From an uncultured Candidatus Saccharibacteria bacterium (GTDB lineage Bacteria > Patescibacteriota > Saccharimonadia > Saccharimonadales > CAYVSP01), in the NCBI GenBank assembly GCA_964584265.1, contig CAZOZI010000002.1, positions 66,340-130,339 on the forward strand: a stretch of 64,000 bases of DNA, read 5' to 3'. Positions 11,418 through 20,649 of this stretch are shown in pieces. The stretch's first letter is position 1; the number at the start of each line of letters is the position of its first letter. Below the pieces are notes generated by a model. The model searched no databases. It had not been told where the DNA came from and worked only from the letters and a program-made list of their open reading frames with translations. Both the position numbers and the translations under genes were made by a program.

Positions 11418-12869
11418 CTATTTTTTTACTGGCGTGTTTTCTTTGCGTGGAAACAACGTTCCTTCAACAGGGCGAACCACGCCCTCGTTAAAGGTCTGAC
11501 GGATTTTTACGGCAGTTTGGGGCAAAAATGGCTCCAGCAAGTCAGCTATCTCCAGCAAGCAACTTGCCTGGTATGCCAACACTTCACGCAGATGATCTGT
11601 ATCCTTTTGCTTGTGCAACTCCCATGGTTTTTCCTCGTCAATATATTGATTAAGCCCACGGACTTGTTCCCAGACTTCGTCAAGTGCACGATCAAACCGG
11701 CAATCTTCCAGTGCTTTGTTGTATTGTGCCATGTCGTGTTCGGAAGGAGGGATATTACCAATCAGCCCATTTTGATATTGCTTAATCATTGCCGTAGTGC
11801 GCTGGACAGCGTTGCCTAGTTCGTTAGCCAGCTCATTATTGTAAGCATCATGCAGCAGGGCCAAGCTAAACTCACCATCGTCGTAGCTTGGAATATGGCG
11901 CAGTAGATAGTAGCGGAAGGCTTCATTGCCATATTGTTTGACAACGTCTTGTGGCGCAACCGTGTTACCAAGGCTCTTACTCATTTTGGTGCCACCTTCA
12001 GCATTTATGAATCCATGCACATATAAAGTTTGAGGCAAAGGCAATTTAAGCCCAAGTAGTATACCGGGCCAGATAGCAGCATGGAAGCGTAAAATATCCT
12101 TACCTATAACTTGAATGTTGGCTGGCCAGAACTTTTTAAAATCACTATGTTCAGGGTAGCCGAGCACTGTAATATAGTTCATCAGAGCCTCGAACCATAC
12201 GTACATCACCTGTGTAGTATCGCCCGGTACTGGAATGCCCCATGCAATTTTTTCCTTTGGGCGGCTGACACTAATATCCTCAAGGCCAGCATTTATGACA
12301 GATAAAATCTCACGTTTGCGAGTGGCTGGGATAATGCGAAATGCGCCACTATCTATAGCTTGTTTAATCTGCGGCGTGTACTGGCTAAGTTTAAAGAAAT
12401 AGTTTTCTTCTTCGACTTTTTCATATGGTCGATTGTGGTTTGGGCAAACGCCCTTATTTTCTTTAACTGTCGCTTCTGTGAAGAAGGCCTCATCACCGGT
12501 ACAATACCAGCCGGAGTATTTTCCTTTGTAGATATCTTTAGCTAATGCTTCCCAGATAAGCTGGGCGCGCTGTTCATGTCCCTGATCAGTTGTGCGAATA
12601 AAGCGGTCATTACTAATATTGAGCAGTTTGCACAGGTCACGGAAGTGCTGACTCACTTGATCGCTAAAGGCTTTAGGTGTAAGTTTTTGCTCGGCCGCTT
12701 TTTCAGCAATTTTACCGCCATGCTCATCTGTACCCGTACTGAAAAGAACCGGTTTACCTTCAGCGCGTGCGTACCGTGCCAGAACGTCCGCAATAACAAA
12801 TTCAAAGGCATGCCCAAGATGAGGCTCACCATTTACATAGGGAATAGACGTGGTTACATAATAATTCAT
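11418..12869 (-). CDS. metG: Methionine--tRNA ligase (short form)
   Basis: 483 aa with a HIGH-type motif (PHLGHAFE) and KMSKS. Confidence 0.95.
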   Translation of the reverse strand: MNYYVTTSIPYVNGEPHLGHAFEFVIADVLARYARAEGKPVLFSTGTDEHGGKIAEKAAEQKLTPKAFSDQVSQHFRDLCKLLNISNDRFIRTTDQGHEQRAQLIWEALAKDIYKGKYSGWYCTGDEAFFTEATVKENKGVCPNHNRPYEKVEEENYFFKLSQYTPQIKQAIDSGAFRIIPATRKREILSVINAGLEDISVSRPKEKIAWGIPVPGDTTQVMYVWFEALMNYITVLGYPEHSDFKKFWPANIQVIGKDILRFHAAIWPGILLGLKLPLPQTLYVHGFINAEGGTKMSKSLGNTVAPQDVVKQYGNEAFRYYLLRHIPSYDDGEFSLALLHDAYNNELANELGNAVQRTTAMIKQYQNGLIGNIPPSEHDMAQYNKALEDCRFDRALDEVWEQVRGLNQYIDEEKPWELHKQKDTDHLREVLAYQASCLLEIADLLEPFLPQTAVKIRQTFNEGVVRPVEGTLFPRKENTPVKK

Positions 12870-12874
12870 CTCGC

Positions 12875-13034
12875 TCCTTCATATCACACCGGCCTGTTTC
12901 TAGCAGAGCCAGAACTCTGCCGGTGTTCTTGGCACTCTGCTATGTCAGAGACTGCGGTACTCATTCACCGTACCTATTTGTACGATTCATTCTGTTCCTC
13001 GCCTCTTCCTTGCATTGTGCACAAGTATGAAGAA
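12875..13034 (-). repeat. Family A structured intergenic element, copy 1 (sense on the minus strand), directly upstream of metG
   Basis: 160 nt. P1 TTCTTCATA/TATGAAGGA, P2 AGAGGC/GTCTCT, P3 CGTAC/GTACG, P4 ACACCGGC/GCCGGTGT. Shares junction blocks with the five other copies. Confidence 0.75.
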
Positions 13035-13060
13035 CCGATGTACTGGTCTATTGTATCAGT

Positions 13061-13582
13061 TTATAGCAGTGATACTTGCTGGTTGTCTGACTTTTCTGGC
13101 GTTGAATTAACGCCCGAATTAGGTATAGAAATGTTAAGCTTATCAGCTAGCCTGTCAATAAATACCATTTGTGCCTTCAATAGTTTTGTTTTGGCAGTGG
13201 CCAAATCAAACCATTCAGCTCGATCGTTTTCTAAAAACTCCTGTGTTTTGCCAGACCGAGGTGGCCACTCCATGGTAAAAGTTGATTCAAACTTAAGATG
13301 TTCTAAATGTACATCGCCTTGAACCGCCCAAATGTAATTGGTTTTACTACTACTTTTGGCTGTACCCAGATTAAGAAGTTTACCTGTAGGTGGTCTTATG
13401 CCTAATTCTTCTTCAAATTCTCGCTTAGCTGCAGCTAGATGGTCTTCGTCATTATTATGCTCGCCTTTTGGGATGGACCATACATCTTTTTTTTCCCAAA
13501 ATGGTCCAGCTAGATGGACCAGCAAAACCTCAATGCTGTTACCTCTTTTTCTATAAACCAATATCCCGGCGCTTTGTTTCAT
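13061..13582 (-). CDS. Nudix hydrolase
   Basis: 173 aa with Nudix box GEHNNDEDHLAAAKREFEEELGI. Confidence 0.85.
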   Translation of the reverse strand: MKQSAGILVYRKRGNSIEVLLVHLAGPFWEKKDVWSIPKGEHNNDEDHLAAAKREFEEELGIRPPTGKLLNLGTAKSSSKTNYIWAVQGDVHLEHLKFESTFTMEWPPRSGKTQEFLENDRAEWFDLATAKTKLLKAQMVFIDRLADKLNISIPNSGVNSTPEKSDNQQVSLL

Positions 13583-13610
13583 AAGATTTAAGCTATCCCT
13601 TTTACAATAA

Positions 13611-13687
13611 TGGTGGGCTCTACAGGGCTCGAACCTGTGACCTCAGCAATGTGAATGCTGCGCTCTAGCCAACTGAGCTAAGAACCC
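13611..13687 (-). tRNA. tRNA-Val (anticodon CAC), CCA encoded
   Basis: Hand-folded cloverleaf from GGGTTCTTAGCTCAGTTGGCTAGAGCGCAGCATTCACATTGCTGAGGTCACAGGTTCGAGCCCTGTAGAGCCCACCA. The anticodon loop is TTCACAT and the T-loop is TTCGAGC. Confidence 0.93.
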
Positions 13688-13781
13688 AATGTAGCTCGAT
13701 TATACCTCAAGCACAGCCTGGACTTGACGCTAAAGTTGGTTGCTGTCAAGATAAACATAAGCAATTAAGAAAGGTCAAATA

Positions 13782-14024
13782 ATGCCTCCACAAAATCAGA
13801 CGTTAAATCCTCAGCCACCAAACTCGCCGACACCGGCTGACAACCAGCCAATGACACCAGGTCCAACGCAGACACCTCAACAGCCTAACGTACCTACGCC
13901 GCCGACTGGTCCAGTCGTTCCTGAACAAGGCGGTAAGAAAAGTAAACGACTTTTGCTATGGATTGCAACGATAGTTATCGTGCTCGCAGGAGCAGCAGCT
14001 TATTGGTTTTTGGTAAAGTCTTAA
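13782..14024 (+). CDS. Hypothetical proline-rich protein with a C-terminal TM anchor
   Basis: 80-aa ORF with an ATG start, a P/Q/T-rich N-terminus and a hydrophobic C-terminal helix. Confidence 0.45.
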   Translation: MPPQNQTLNPQPPNSPTPADNQPMTPGPTQTPQQPNVPTPPTGPVVPEQGGKKSKRLLLWIATIVIVLAGAAAYWFLVKS

Positions 14025-14088
14025 ATCTCAAACAAATCCTCGACGCGAACGCCAGTTAGTCAATAAATTCGGCGAATCATATTGATAA

Positions 14089-14242
14089 CTGATCTGCTTG
14101 AGTGCAGTGCAAGGAGAATTTGAGGAGCAAAGTGAGCTGTATTGAAATACAGTGAGCGCGCGCCGGAAAATTCGACACAGCAATGTGCCAAGAGCCGGCA
14201 GAGTTGCCAGCTCTGCCGGCAATCAGGACGGCGACAGATTAG
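14089..14242 (+). repeat. Family A structured intergenic element, copy 2
   Basis: 154 nt. P1 CTGATCTG/CAGATTAG, P2 GAATTT/AAATTC, P3 CTGTAT/ATACAG, P4 GCCGGC(AGAG)/(CTCT)GCCGGC. Lies between the convergent 80-aa ORF and the trehalase gene. Confidence 0.75.
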
Positions 14243-15496
14243 CTAATCAATAAATTCTTTGCAGAATCGCTCAAAAACAGCATTCGTCCAGCCAAAGCCG
14301 GTCTGCGAAGGATAAAGCCCTTTAGCCGGCGGATCTAGCGGATTCACCACATTGTATTTTTCCAAAAAAACACCGTGGACTTTAAACCAATCCAGGTTGG
14401 TGTGGAGCCACTTTTCGGCAATACGCTTTGCGTCATGATTGTAGCCATAGCGCTGTAGTCCCTTAACTACCAAAAAATGCAGCGGCGCCCAGCCATTTGG
14501 GTAGGCCCACTGGGTCGGCACGGCGCCGGGTACAAATTTACTGAACACTGGCGTATCGGTCGTAGCCAGACCACCTTTGTTTTCAAAGCGTTTCAGCATT
14601 TTGACCATCTGGGCGGCTTGATTACTGTCTACCATACCGGCCCACATTGGATAAAACCCGGCTAGAGAGTTCACGCTGCCGCGTTTACGCTTTGCAAAAT
14701 TATAATCATAGTACCAACTGCGCACACTGCTCCACATAAGGTCTTGCATAACCATTTTGCGATGTTCTGCTGCTTCCTTCCATTTCTGGACAGAAGCTTC
14801 ATCTTTAACATGCTCATAGTAGCGGACAAAGTCCGTCTCGTATTTATAAAGTAAGGCATTTAGATCAACTGCTACATAGTCTAAACACTTGCGGTTAAAG
14901 CGTGAGGTCATATCCCAACCGCTTTCCGTTTCGGCCAAATCATGAATATAGTTAAAGTCATAGAAGCGTGACAAGCCCTGGTAAACTTGCCTGGCGTTAG
15001 GTTTATTAACCCCCATCCAAACCGTCTGATATTCGGCTTCTGCTACGCTTATAGCTTCACTAAGCCATTTGTCGTCGAGTTTATAGGCATCGAATACATC
15101 CCATATGAAACTAGTTAGGAATGGTGGCTGTGAATGCCCCGTTAAATAAGTACGCGAAGCATTGGGAATAGTTTTAAAACGCCTAAAAAGCACCAGAAGA
15201 TTTTCAATAATACCTATTATCAACTCCTTGTGTTCCTCGTCGAACATACCCTGGACCATAAAATAGCTATCCCAGTAATAGAGCTCGTTAAAATCAAATT
15301 CATGACCTTCTTCATAAGCGGGTACTAGATAAGGCTTTGGCAAGCCAACTAGCGTTTCATCATCTTTAGGGTGATAACGAATTAATTTTTCCCAATAGCC
15401 ATGAATGTAATCGCGCGCCGGTTGAACATCCCTAGCAGTCAGCTCACCATGCGAACGAAACAGCCCTTTTACAAGTTGAAAGGTTTTATTTAGCAT
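14243..15496 (-). CDS. Trehalase (glycoside hydrolase family 37-like), no signal peptide
   Basis: 417 aa with YYWDSYF and PTQWAYPNGWAP motifs characteristic of GH37 trehalases. Confidence 0.8.
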   Translation of the reverse strand: MLNKTFQLVKGLFRSHGELTARDVQPARDYIHGYWEKLIRYHPKDDETLVGLPKPYLVPAYEEGHEFDFNELYYWDSYFMVQGMFDEEHKELIIGIIENLLVLFRRFKTIPNASRTYLTGHSQPPFLTSFIWDVFDAYKLDDKWLSEAISVAEAEYQTVWMGVNKPNARQVYQGLSRFYDFNYIHDLAETESGWDMTSRFNRKCLDYVAVDLNALLYKYETDFVRYYEHVKDEASVQKWKEAAEHRKMVMQDLMWSSVRSWYYDYNFAKRKRGSVNSLAGFYPMWAGMVDSNQAAQMVKMLKRFENKGGLATTDTPVFSKFVPGAVPTQWAYPNGWAPLHFLVVKGLQRYGYNHDAKRIAEKWLHTNLDWFKVHGVFLEKYNVVNPLDPPAKGLYPSQTGFGWTNAVFERFCKEFID

Positions 15497-15578
15497 CTCT
15501 TCTCAGCCTAGGTCATCATAAGCTAGCGGTCAACCCACAAAGATTTGAAGCTGAATATACTATTATTCCTGGACTTAA

Positions 15579-15911
15579 CTACAGGCTAGGTGGTTGATCT
15601 TCTAAAACCGGGGCGCCGGCATAAAGTGCTCGATAACTTGCTTCAGCATCTGGGCTTAGCCTGTGAAAAACTAAATCACTTATGTTTTTTACATGATTGG
15701 GGGGTACTGGTAATTCACCGAGTTTCATATCACCCGTAACATCAGAGACTAGCCTAGCCCCCCGTTGTTCTAAAACTGGACGCCAACTACTGTTCGTAGC
15801 CGCAATTGGATCTCTGACCTGGTCTCCACTGCTCGACCCCGCTTCGATCGGGGGGGCAAATCTACCAACAATCTCGCCAAATGTAGCCATTTTTTTATCC
15901 TTCACGACCAT
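15579..15911 (-). CDS. Hypothetical protein
   Basis: 110-aa ORF with no motif. An alternative start exists at M8. Confidence 0.4.
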   Translation of the reverse strand: MVVKDKKMATFGEIVGRFAPPIEAGSSSGDQVRDPIAATNSSWRPVLEQRGARLVSDVTGDMKLGELPVPPNHVKNISDLVFHRLSPDAEASYRALYAGAPVLEDQPPSL

Positions 15912-15980
15912 TTTCCACCCACATCACACAAATTACAATTATTTATGCACATTTACAACAAAATATATCGTCTATAGTAT

Positions 15981-16406
15981 TTACTGCACTACTATTGTGC
16001 CAGTATCGCTCGGGTTGAGATGGTTGTGGTAACCAAATGTACCGGTTTTGGTCACTGTAAATGTAACAGTTTGGCCAGAGCTAACAGTTCCGACATTCAG
16101 GTCTAGGTCACTGGTATGTGCCGGGTGTGGATCAGAATCAAGTTGCATTGTACTTGATGAATCGTTTTTAATCGCAACCGTATCGCCAGATTTTACAGTT
16201 ACAGTACTGGGGCTAAAGCCATTATTGGTATACGTAATCGTGGCTGCTGCTGTCTGGTTACTATTTGTGTTGGGAGTTGAGTTTGAAGTTGCAGATGGTG
16301 TGCTTGTTGAAGATTTATTATCGGACTTGTTTGAAAGCATGATTGCACCACCAATACCCAAAACAGCTAAAACGATAACTATAATAATCACTACTGTCTT
16401 ATTCAC
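15981..16406 (-). CDS. Secreted or anchored cupredoxin-like domain protein
   Basis: 141 aa with a GTG start 7 nt after AAGGAG. It has an N-terminal TM/signal, an S/T-rich linker and a C-terminal beta domain (TVTVKSGDTVAIKN...GTFGYHNHLNP). Confidence 0.55.
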   Translation of the reverse strand: MNKTVVIIIVIVLAVLGIGGAIMLSNKSDNKSSTSTPSATSNSTPNTNSNQTAAATITYTNNGFSPSTVTVKSGDTVAIKNDSSSTMQLDSDPHPAHTSDLDLNVGTVSSGQTVTFTVTKTGTFGYHNHLNPSDTGTIVVQ

Positions 16407-16443
16407 GTCTTTGCTCCTTAATTACTTTACAATTCTACACTGA

Positions 16444-16558
16444 ATCAAGACCAAACAAAAAAGACCTTACCCTCATATTTGAGGGAATAAGAAGATGAAG
16501 ATATTTACTTTGGGATGATTACTTAGAGTTCAACAGGGAGAAAGAACGGCGAGTAAAG
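16444..16558 (-). repeat. Family B intergenic module, copy a (short form), containing the typA terminator
   Basis: Aligns with 22113-22290 and 24703-24880. Starts immediately after the typA stop. Confidence 0.65.
16457..16491 (-). terminator. Intrinsic terminator downstream of typA
   Basis: Minus-strand stem CTTA(TT)CCCTCA / TGAGGGTAAG followed by GTCTTTTTTG. Confidence 0.6.
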
Positions 16559-18385
16559 TTATTTATTGTGGTGTTTGCGTTTTACCGGGTTAAGTTCTTG
16601 CTTGCGCAGCCTTAATGATTTAGGCGTAACTTCCAATAATTCATCGTCCTCGATAAAGTCTATGCACTCTTCTAGACTGAAGATAGTTGGTGGTGTTAAT
16701 TGGACTACGCCGTCGCTGGATGAGCTGCGCATATTGGTCAAATGCTTGGCTTTGCAAACATTCATTTCCATGTCATCCTGACGTTTGTTGATGCCAACGA
16801 TTTGGCCAGCGTAAACATTCTCGCCGGGGCCAATCAGAGTTTCACCTCGCTCTTCAACCATTTGCAGAGCGTAAGGCGTCGTCACACCGGTTTCAAAAGC
16901 TATGATGACCCCATTGCGAAGCTGTTGGAGCACAGCACCAAGCGGTTCGTAACCCATCATCAGTGAGTTCATGATAACGGTGCCTTTAGTGTTGGTCATT
17001 AAGATGTTGCGCAAACCAAGTAAAGCCCTGGTTGGCATTTTATAAACTAGTTTTGTCATTCCTTTAGAATTGGCAAATTGCTCTTTTAAAACGGCCCGCC
17101 GGGTGCCGAGCTCCATCTGGATTGCACCGACATGTTCGGCAGGCACTTCTATCATAAGTTCCTCAATGGGTTCTAATTTCTGGCCTTTTTCTTCTTTCAA
17201 AACGACCTGGGGACGTCCGACTTCAAACTCATAACCTTCGCGGCGCATAGTTTCGATTAACACGCTCAGATGCAGTTCGCCCCGACCAGACACCACAAAG
17301 CCAATGTCATTATTTTCGACGCGCAAACCGACATTGGATTCCAATTCCTTATGCAAGCGTTCTCCAATTTGGCGGCTGGTAGTGAATTCGCCCTCTTTGC
17401 CTTTGAAAGGAGAAGTATTGGGGCCAAGATAAATCTTAAGGGTAGGTGCCTCGACCTCTAGCACTGGTAATGCTTCTGGGTTGTTGGCGTCAGCAATGGT
17501 CTCGCCGATCTGGGCATCACTAACGCCCGTCAACTGAATAATGTCACCAGCTACACCCTCTGCTACTTCAAACTTGGAGGTTCCCTGGCTCATGAATATG
17601 CTGTCAATCTTAGTGTTTGCACGGCTGCCGTCTTTTTTGCATAGAACGGCAGTATCGCCTGGTTTAACATGGCCGCGGGAAACCCTGCCAACCGCATATT
17701 TACCCTTGAAACTATCCCAAGCCAAAGCCGTTACCAACATCTGGAAGGGCTTGTCGCGCTGCACTTTAGGCGCTGGAATGTGGTCTTTAATAGCCTCAAA
17801 TATTACGCTCAAATCAGCAACGTCTGTCTCTGGATTAGACGGTACGGCCTGCCAGGCTTTGCCGGCGCGGCCAATCGAGTAATAAGTTGGGTAATGCAGT
17901 TGGTCTTCATGTACGGCTAGTTCTAGAAACAGGTCAGCAATTTCGTCTTCAACTTCATTAATCCTAGAGGCCGGTTTGTCAATTTTGTTGATTATAACAA
18001 TCGGTTTAAGCTCATAGGCCAAGGCTTTGCTCAGCACAAACTTGGTTTGGGGCATCGGGCCTTCCTGGGCGTCAACTATCAAAATACAGCCATCGGCCAT
18101 GTTCAAAGTCCGTTCGACTTCACCTGAGAAGTCGGCGTGACCCGGAGTATCAATAATGTTGATGCGAAAATCGCCGTACTGGGCAGCTGTAACTTTGGCG
18201 GTGATAGTAATGCCGCGCTCGCGCTCCTGGGCACCACTGTCCATAATCAGTTCCTGGCTCATTTCGGCCTGGTTGTCGCGAAAAGTTTTAGACTGCTTTA
18301 ATAGCCCGTCAACCAAGGTTGTCTTACCATGATCGACGTGGGCGATTATGGCGATATTTCTAATCTTGTTAGGGTCTTGTTTCAT
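16559..18385 (-). CDS. typA: Translational GTPase TypA/BipA
   Basis: 608 aa with G1 motif AHVDHGKTT and an EF-G-like domain order. Confidence 0.95.
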   Translation of the reverse strand: MKQDPNKIRNIAIIAHVDHGKTTLVDGLLKQSKTFRDNQAEMSQELIMDSGAQERERGITITAKVTAAQYGDFRINIIDTPGHADFSGEVERTLNMADGCILIVDAQEGPMPQTKFVLSKALAYELKPIVIINKIDKPASRINEVEDEIADLFLELAVHEDQLHYPTYYSIGRAGKAWQAVPSNPETDVADLSVIFEAIKDHIPAPKVQRDKPFQMLVTALAWDSFKGKYAVGRVSRGHVKPGDTAVLCKKDGSRANTKIDSIFMSQGTSKFEVAEGVAGDIIQLTGVSDAQIGETIADANNPEALPVLEVEAPTLKIYLGPNTSPFKGKEGEFTTSRQIGERLHKELESNVGLRVENNDIGFVVSGRGELHLSVLIETMRREGYEFEVGRPQVVLKEEKGQKLEPIEELMIEVPAEHVGAIQMELGTRRAVLKEQFANSKGMTKLVYKMPTRALLGLRNILMTNTKGTVIMNSLMMGYEPLGAVLQQLRNGVIIAFETGVTTPYALQMVEERGETLIGPGENVYAGQIVGINKRQDDMEMNVCKAKHLTNMRSSSSDGVVQLTPPTIFSLEECIDFIEDDELLEVTPKSLRLRKQELNPVKRKHHNK

Positions 18386-18388
18386 TGG

Positions 18389-19579
18389 TTATGAAGCTAC
18401 AAAAGTTAGGGCATATCCGATCTGGCCGGCTCTGCCAGCTCGACCGATGCGGTGCACGTAATCTTCATAGGTTTGGGGCAATGAGTAGTTAATAATATGC
18501 GTAATATCAGCTATATCAATCCCTCGTGCGGCTACGTCAGTCGCCACTAAAATGCTGACTTCATCATTTTTAAAACTGTTGAGTGCTCTTTGGCGCTGGC
18601 CTTGGCTTTTACCGCCATGTATGGCACTGGCCTTAAAGCCGCGCGCCTGTAGTTCCTTACTCAAGCGCTCCACGCTGCGTCTTGTTTCTTCAAAGACTAA
18701 AACTTTCTCAACCTCACCTTTTATAAGAATGTCGTGCAACTTATCTATTTTTTGGCCGGTAGAACTGTAGGCTACCACGTCTTGGTGGACACTTTCGCTT
18801 GTCTCGCCGCTTTTGATAGAAATGGTTACAGGATCGCTCGAAAAAGTTTGAATAAGATCACTGACTCGCCTATCCAAAGTGGCTGAAAAAAAATATGACT
18901 GGCGCGGCTCGCTCAGTTTGCTAAGAATAACCCGGACATCATGGACAAATCCCATATCCAGCATGCGGTCGACCTCATCAAGCACAACAACGTTAAATGA
19001 CGCCAGCTGCAGGCTACGGCGTTCAATATGGTCCTTTATTCTGCCTGGGGTTCCAACCACGATGCGCGGATTTATGCGCAGGTCACGCAGCTGCGGGTTC
19101 ATCGGACTGCCGCCAATCAGGGTAGCAGTGTTTATTCCGCTGCGGGCAGCCATCCAACGGAATTCTTCCTGGATTTGCTGGGCAAGCTCCCGAGTTGGCG
19201 CAATAATCAGAGCTTTGGCACTTCTTTGTTCCATAAGCTGGTTAATAATCGGTATGGCAAAAGCAGCTGTTTTGCCAGTTCCGGTATCTGCAATGCCAAT
19301 AATGTCTTTGCCGTTTAGAGCCAGCGCTATGGTCTGGTCCTGTATAGGCGTAGGAGTTCTATAGCCTTTATTGCTTAGGTTTTGCTTCAGCAGTTGGGCA
19401 ATCCGGAAATTGCTGAACATATTAGTTGGGTTGTAGCTGTCAGCTTCCTTAGGACTGGCAGCCCGCACAAAACGAGCCGGGTCAATATACTGGCCGCGGC
19501 GACGCCCGCTGTTATTTCGGGTTTGATTATTGGTTCGAGCGCGATACTTAATAGAAGATGAGCGATACGAATAAGACAT
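18389..19579 (-). CDS. DEAD-box ATP-dependent RNA helicase
   Basis: Motifs ADTGTGKT, DEVD (DEAD variant), SAT and HRIGRAGRAG. Confidence 0.9.
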   Translation of the reverse strand: MSYSYRSSSIKYRARTNNQTRNNSGRRRGQYIDPARFVRAASPKEADSYNPTNMFSNFRIAQLLKQNLSNKGYRTPTPIQDQTIALALNGKDIIGIADTGTGKTAAFAIPIINQLMEQRSAKALIIAPTRELAQQIQEEFRWMAARSGINTATLIGGSPMNPQLRDLRINPRIVVGTPGRIKDHIERRSLQLASFNVVVLDEVDRMLDMGFVHDVRVILSKLSEPRQSYFFSATLDRRVSDLIQTFSSDPVTISIKSGETSESVHQDVVAYSSTGQKIDKLHDILIKGEVEKVLVFEETRRSVERLSKELQARGFKASAIHGGKSQGQRQRALNSFKNDEVSILVATDVAARGIDIADITHIINYSLPQTYEDYVHRIGRAGRAGQIGYALTFVAS

Positions 19580-19749
19580 TAAAAAAAGAATCCTTTTGGT
19601 TTAAATAGTTACTACTTGTCGGTAATGAAATCGAGTAAGTAAACTATAAAACCCGGATTCATTGAAACAATCCATATACATTAGCATGTTACTAATTATA
19701 TGTCAACGATGTAGAACAGATATTTCTTTGTGTCTTGTTAGAAGAAAAT

Positions 19750-20553
19750 TTAGCGGCAGGCGGGCCAACTCCTAATATTTGATGGGCCTAAACCCCAGGA
19801 TGATCCGTCAAATACATCTGTGTGTATTACTGCAAGATCTCCATAGTCTGTCCGAATGTCAAGCCCAGTAAGAGTCAAGCTGCCAATTGTGCCATATAGG
19901 TAACCATTACCGCTAATACTCGGCCCTACAACATGAGCACCTAAACTAACTCGTTGAATTTCAGCTTGATAACGAGGTCCCATAATTGCACCTTTTGGTT
20001 TTTGAAATAAAAATCTGACATTTTCATATATGCCTTGTATTGTATTATGACAAGCCCATACTTTAGTCTTATTATTGCCTTGCCCAAGGTAAGCGTAGTT
20101 ACTATATGTATCGTTTGTAAATGTAGCATTCATCTCCGCTGCAAACGTATACCATGTTTGAGTCCCAATAATGCCATCAACAGCTATATTATTAGCTTTT
20201 TGCCATTCTATAGTGGCGTTTTTAGTGCCTGAATCAAAGTAACCATTTTGAGAAACAAACTGACCGGCTTTATGCATCAAGAAATATTGGGCTACCTTCA
20301 CGCAACCAGTATTATTTGGCTTACTATCACTTATAGTAGCCGGAATACCACCAAAACCATAACAGGCATTGGCAGTAAGCAAATATTCCCATGGTGAAGT
20401 GGCAAAGCTGCGGTACAGGAAGATTCCTCCGCCAACGGCTCCAAATATAAGCACAAAGGCTACTAGTTGTTTAAGTTTAGTGTTAGGAATTAATGCCTTA
20501 GTAATACGCTTCAGTTTACTTTGCTTTTTACTATTTTTCCTTTTTGCTGGCAT
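19750..20553 (-). CDS. N-terminally anchored peptidoglycan-binding-domain protein, paralog 1 of 3
   Basis: 267 aa. It has a basic N-terminus plus TM (MPAKRKNSKKQSKLKR...LVAFVLIFGAVGGG), a PG_binding_1-like segment (IEWQKANNIAVDGIIGTQTW), four conserved Cys and a C-terminal Cys-Arg. Confidence 0.6.
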   Translation of the reverse strand: MPAKRKNSKKQSKLKRITKALIPNTKLKQLVAFVLIFGAVGGGIFLYRSFATSPWEYLLTANACYGFGGIPATISDSKPNNTGCVKVAQYFLMHKAGQFVSQNGYFDSGTKNATIEWQKANNIAVDGIIGTQTWYTFAAEMNATFTNDTYSNYAYLGQGNNKTKVWACHNTIQGIYENVRFLFQKPKGAIMGPRYQAEIQRVSLGAHVVGPSISGNGYLYGTIGSLTLTGLDIRTDYGDLAVIHTDVFDGSSWGLGPSNIRSWPACR

Positions 20554-20649
20554 TTTCTGATCTTTTTGATTTTAGTTCTTCTTATGGTTCAAACAACTGG
20601 ATAGATAGAACAAATTATCTAGCCTGGGAGATATATACAAAGTAATTGT

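Noticed and set aside
12875-13034. T-box riboswitch upstream of metG
   Set aside because: It was tempting because of the aaRS context, AUGA triplets, a GGUGAAUGAGUACCGC stretch and SD sequestration. However, the same element occurs upstream of a Mur ligase, a tRNA and a stress peptide, and in non-leader contexts. No copy has the GGGUGGUACCGCG T-box sequence or a stem I distal loop / AG bulge of the right size.
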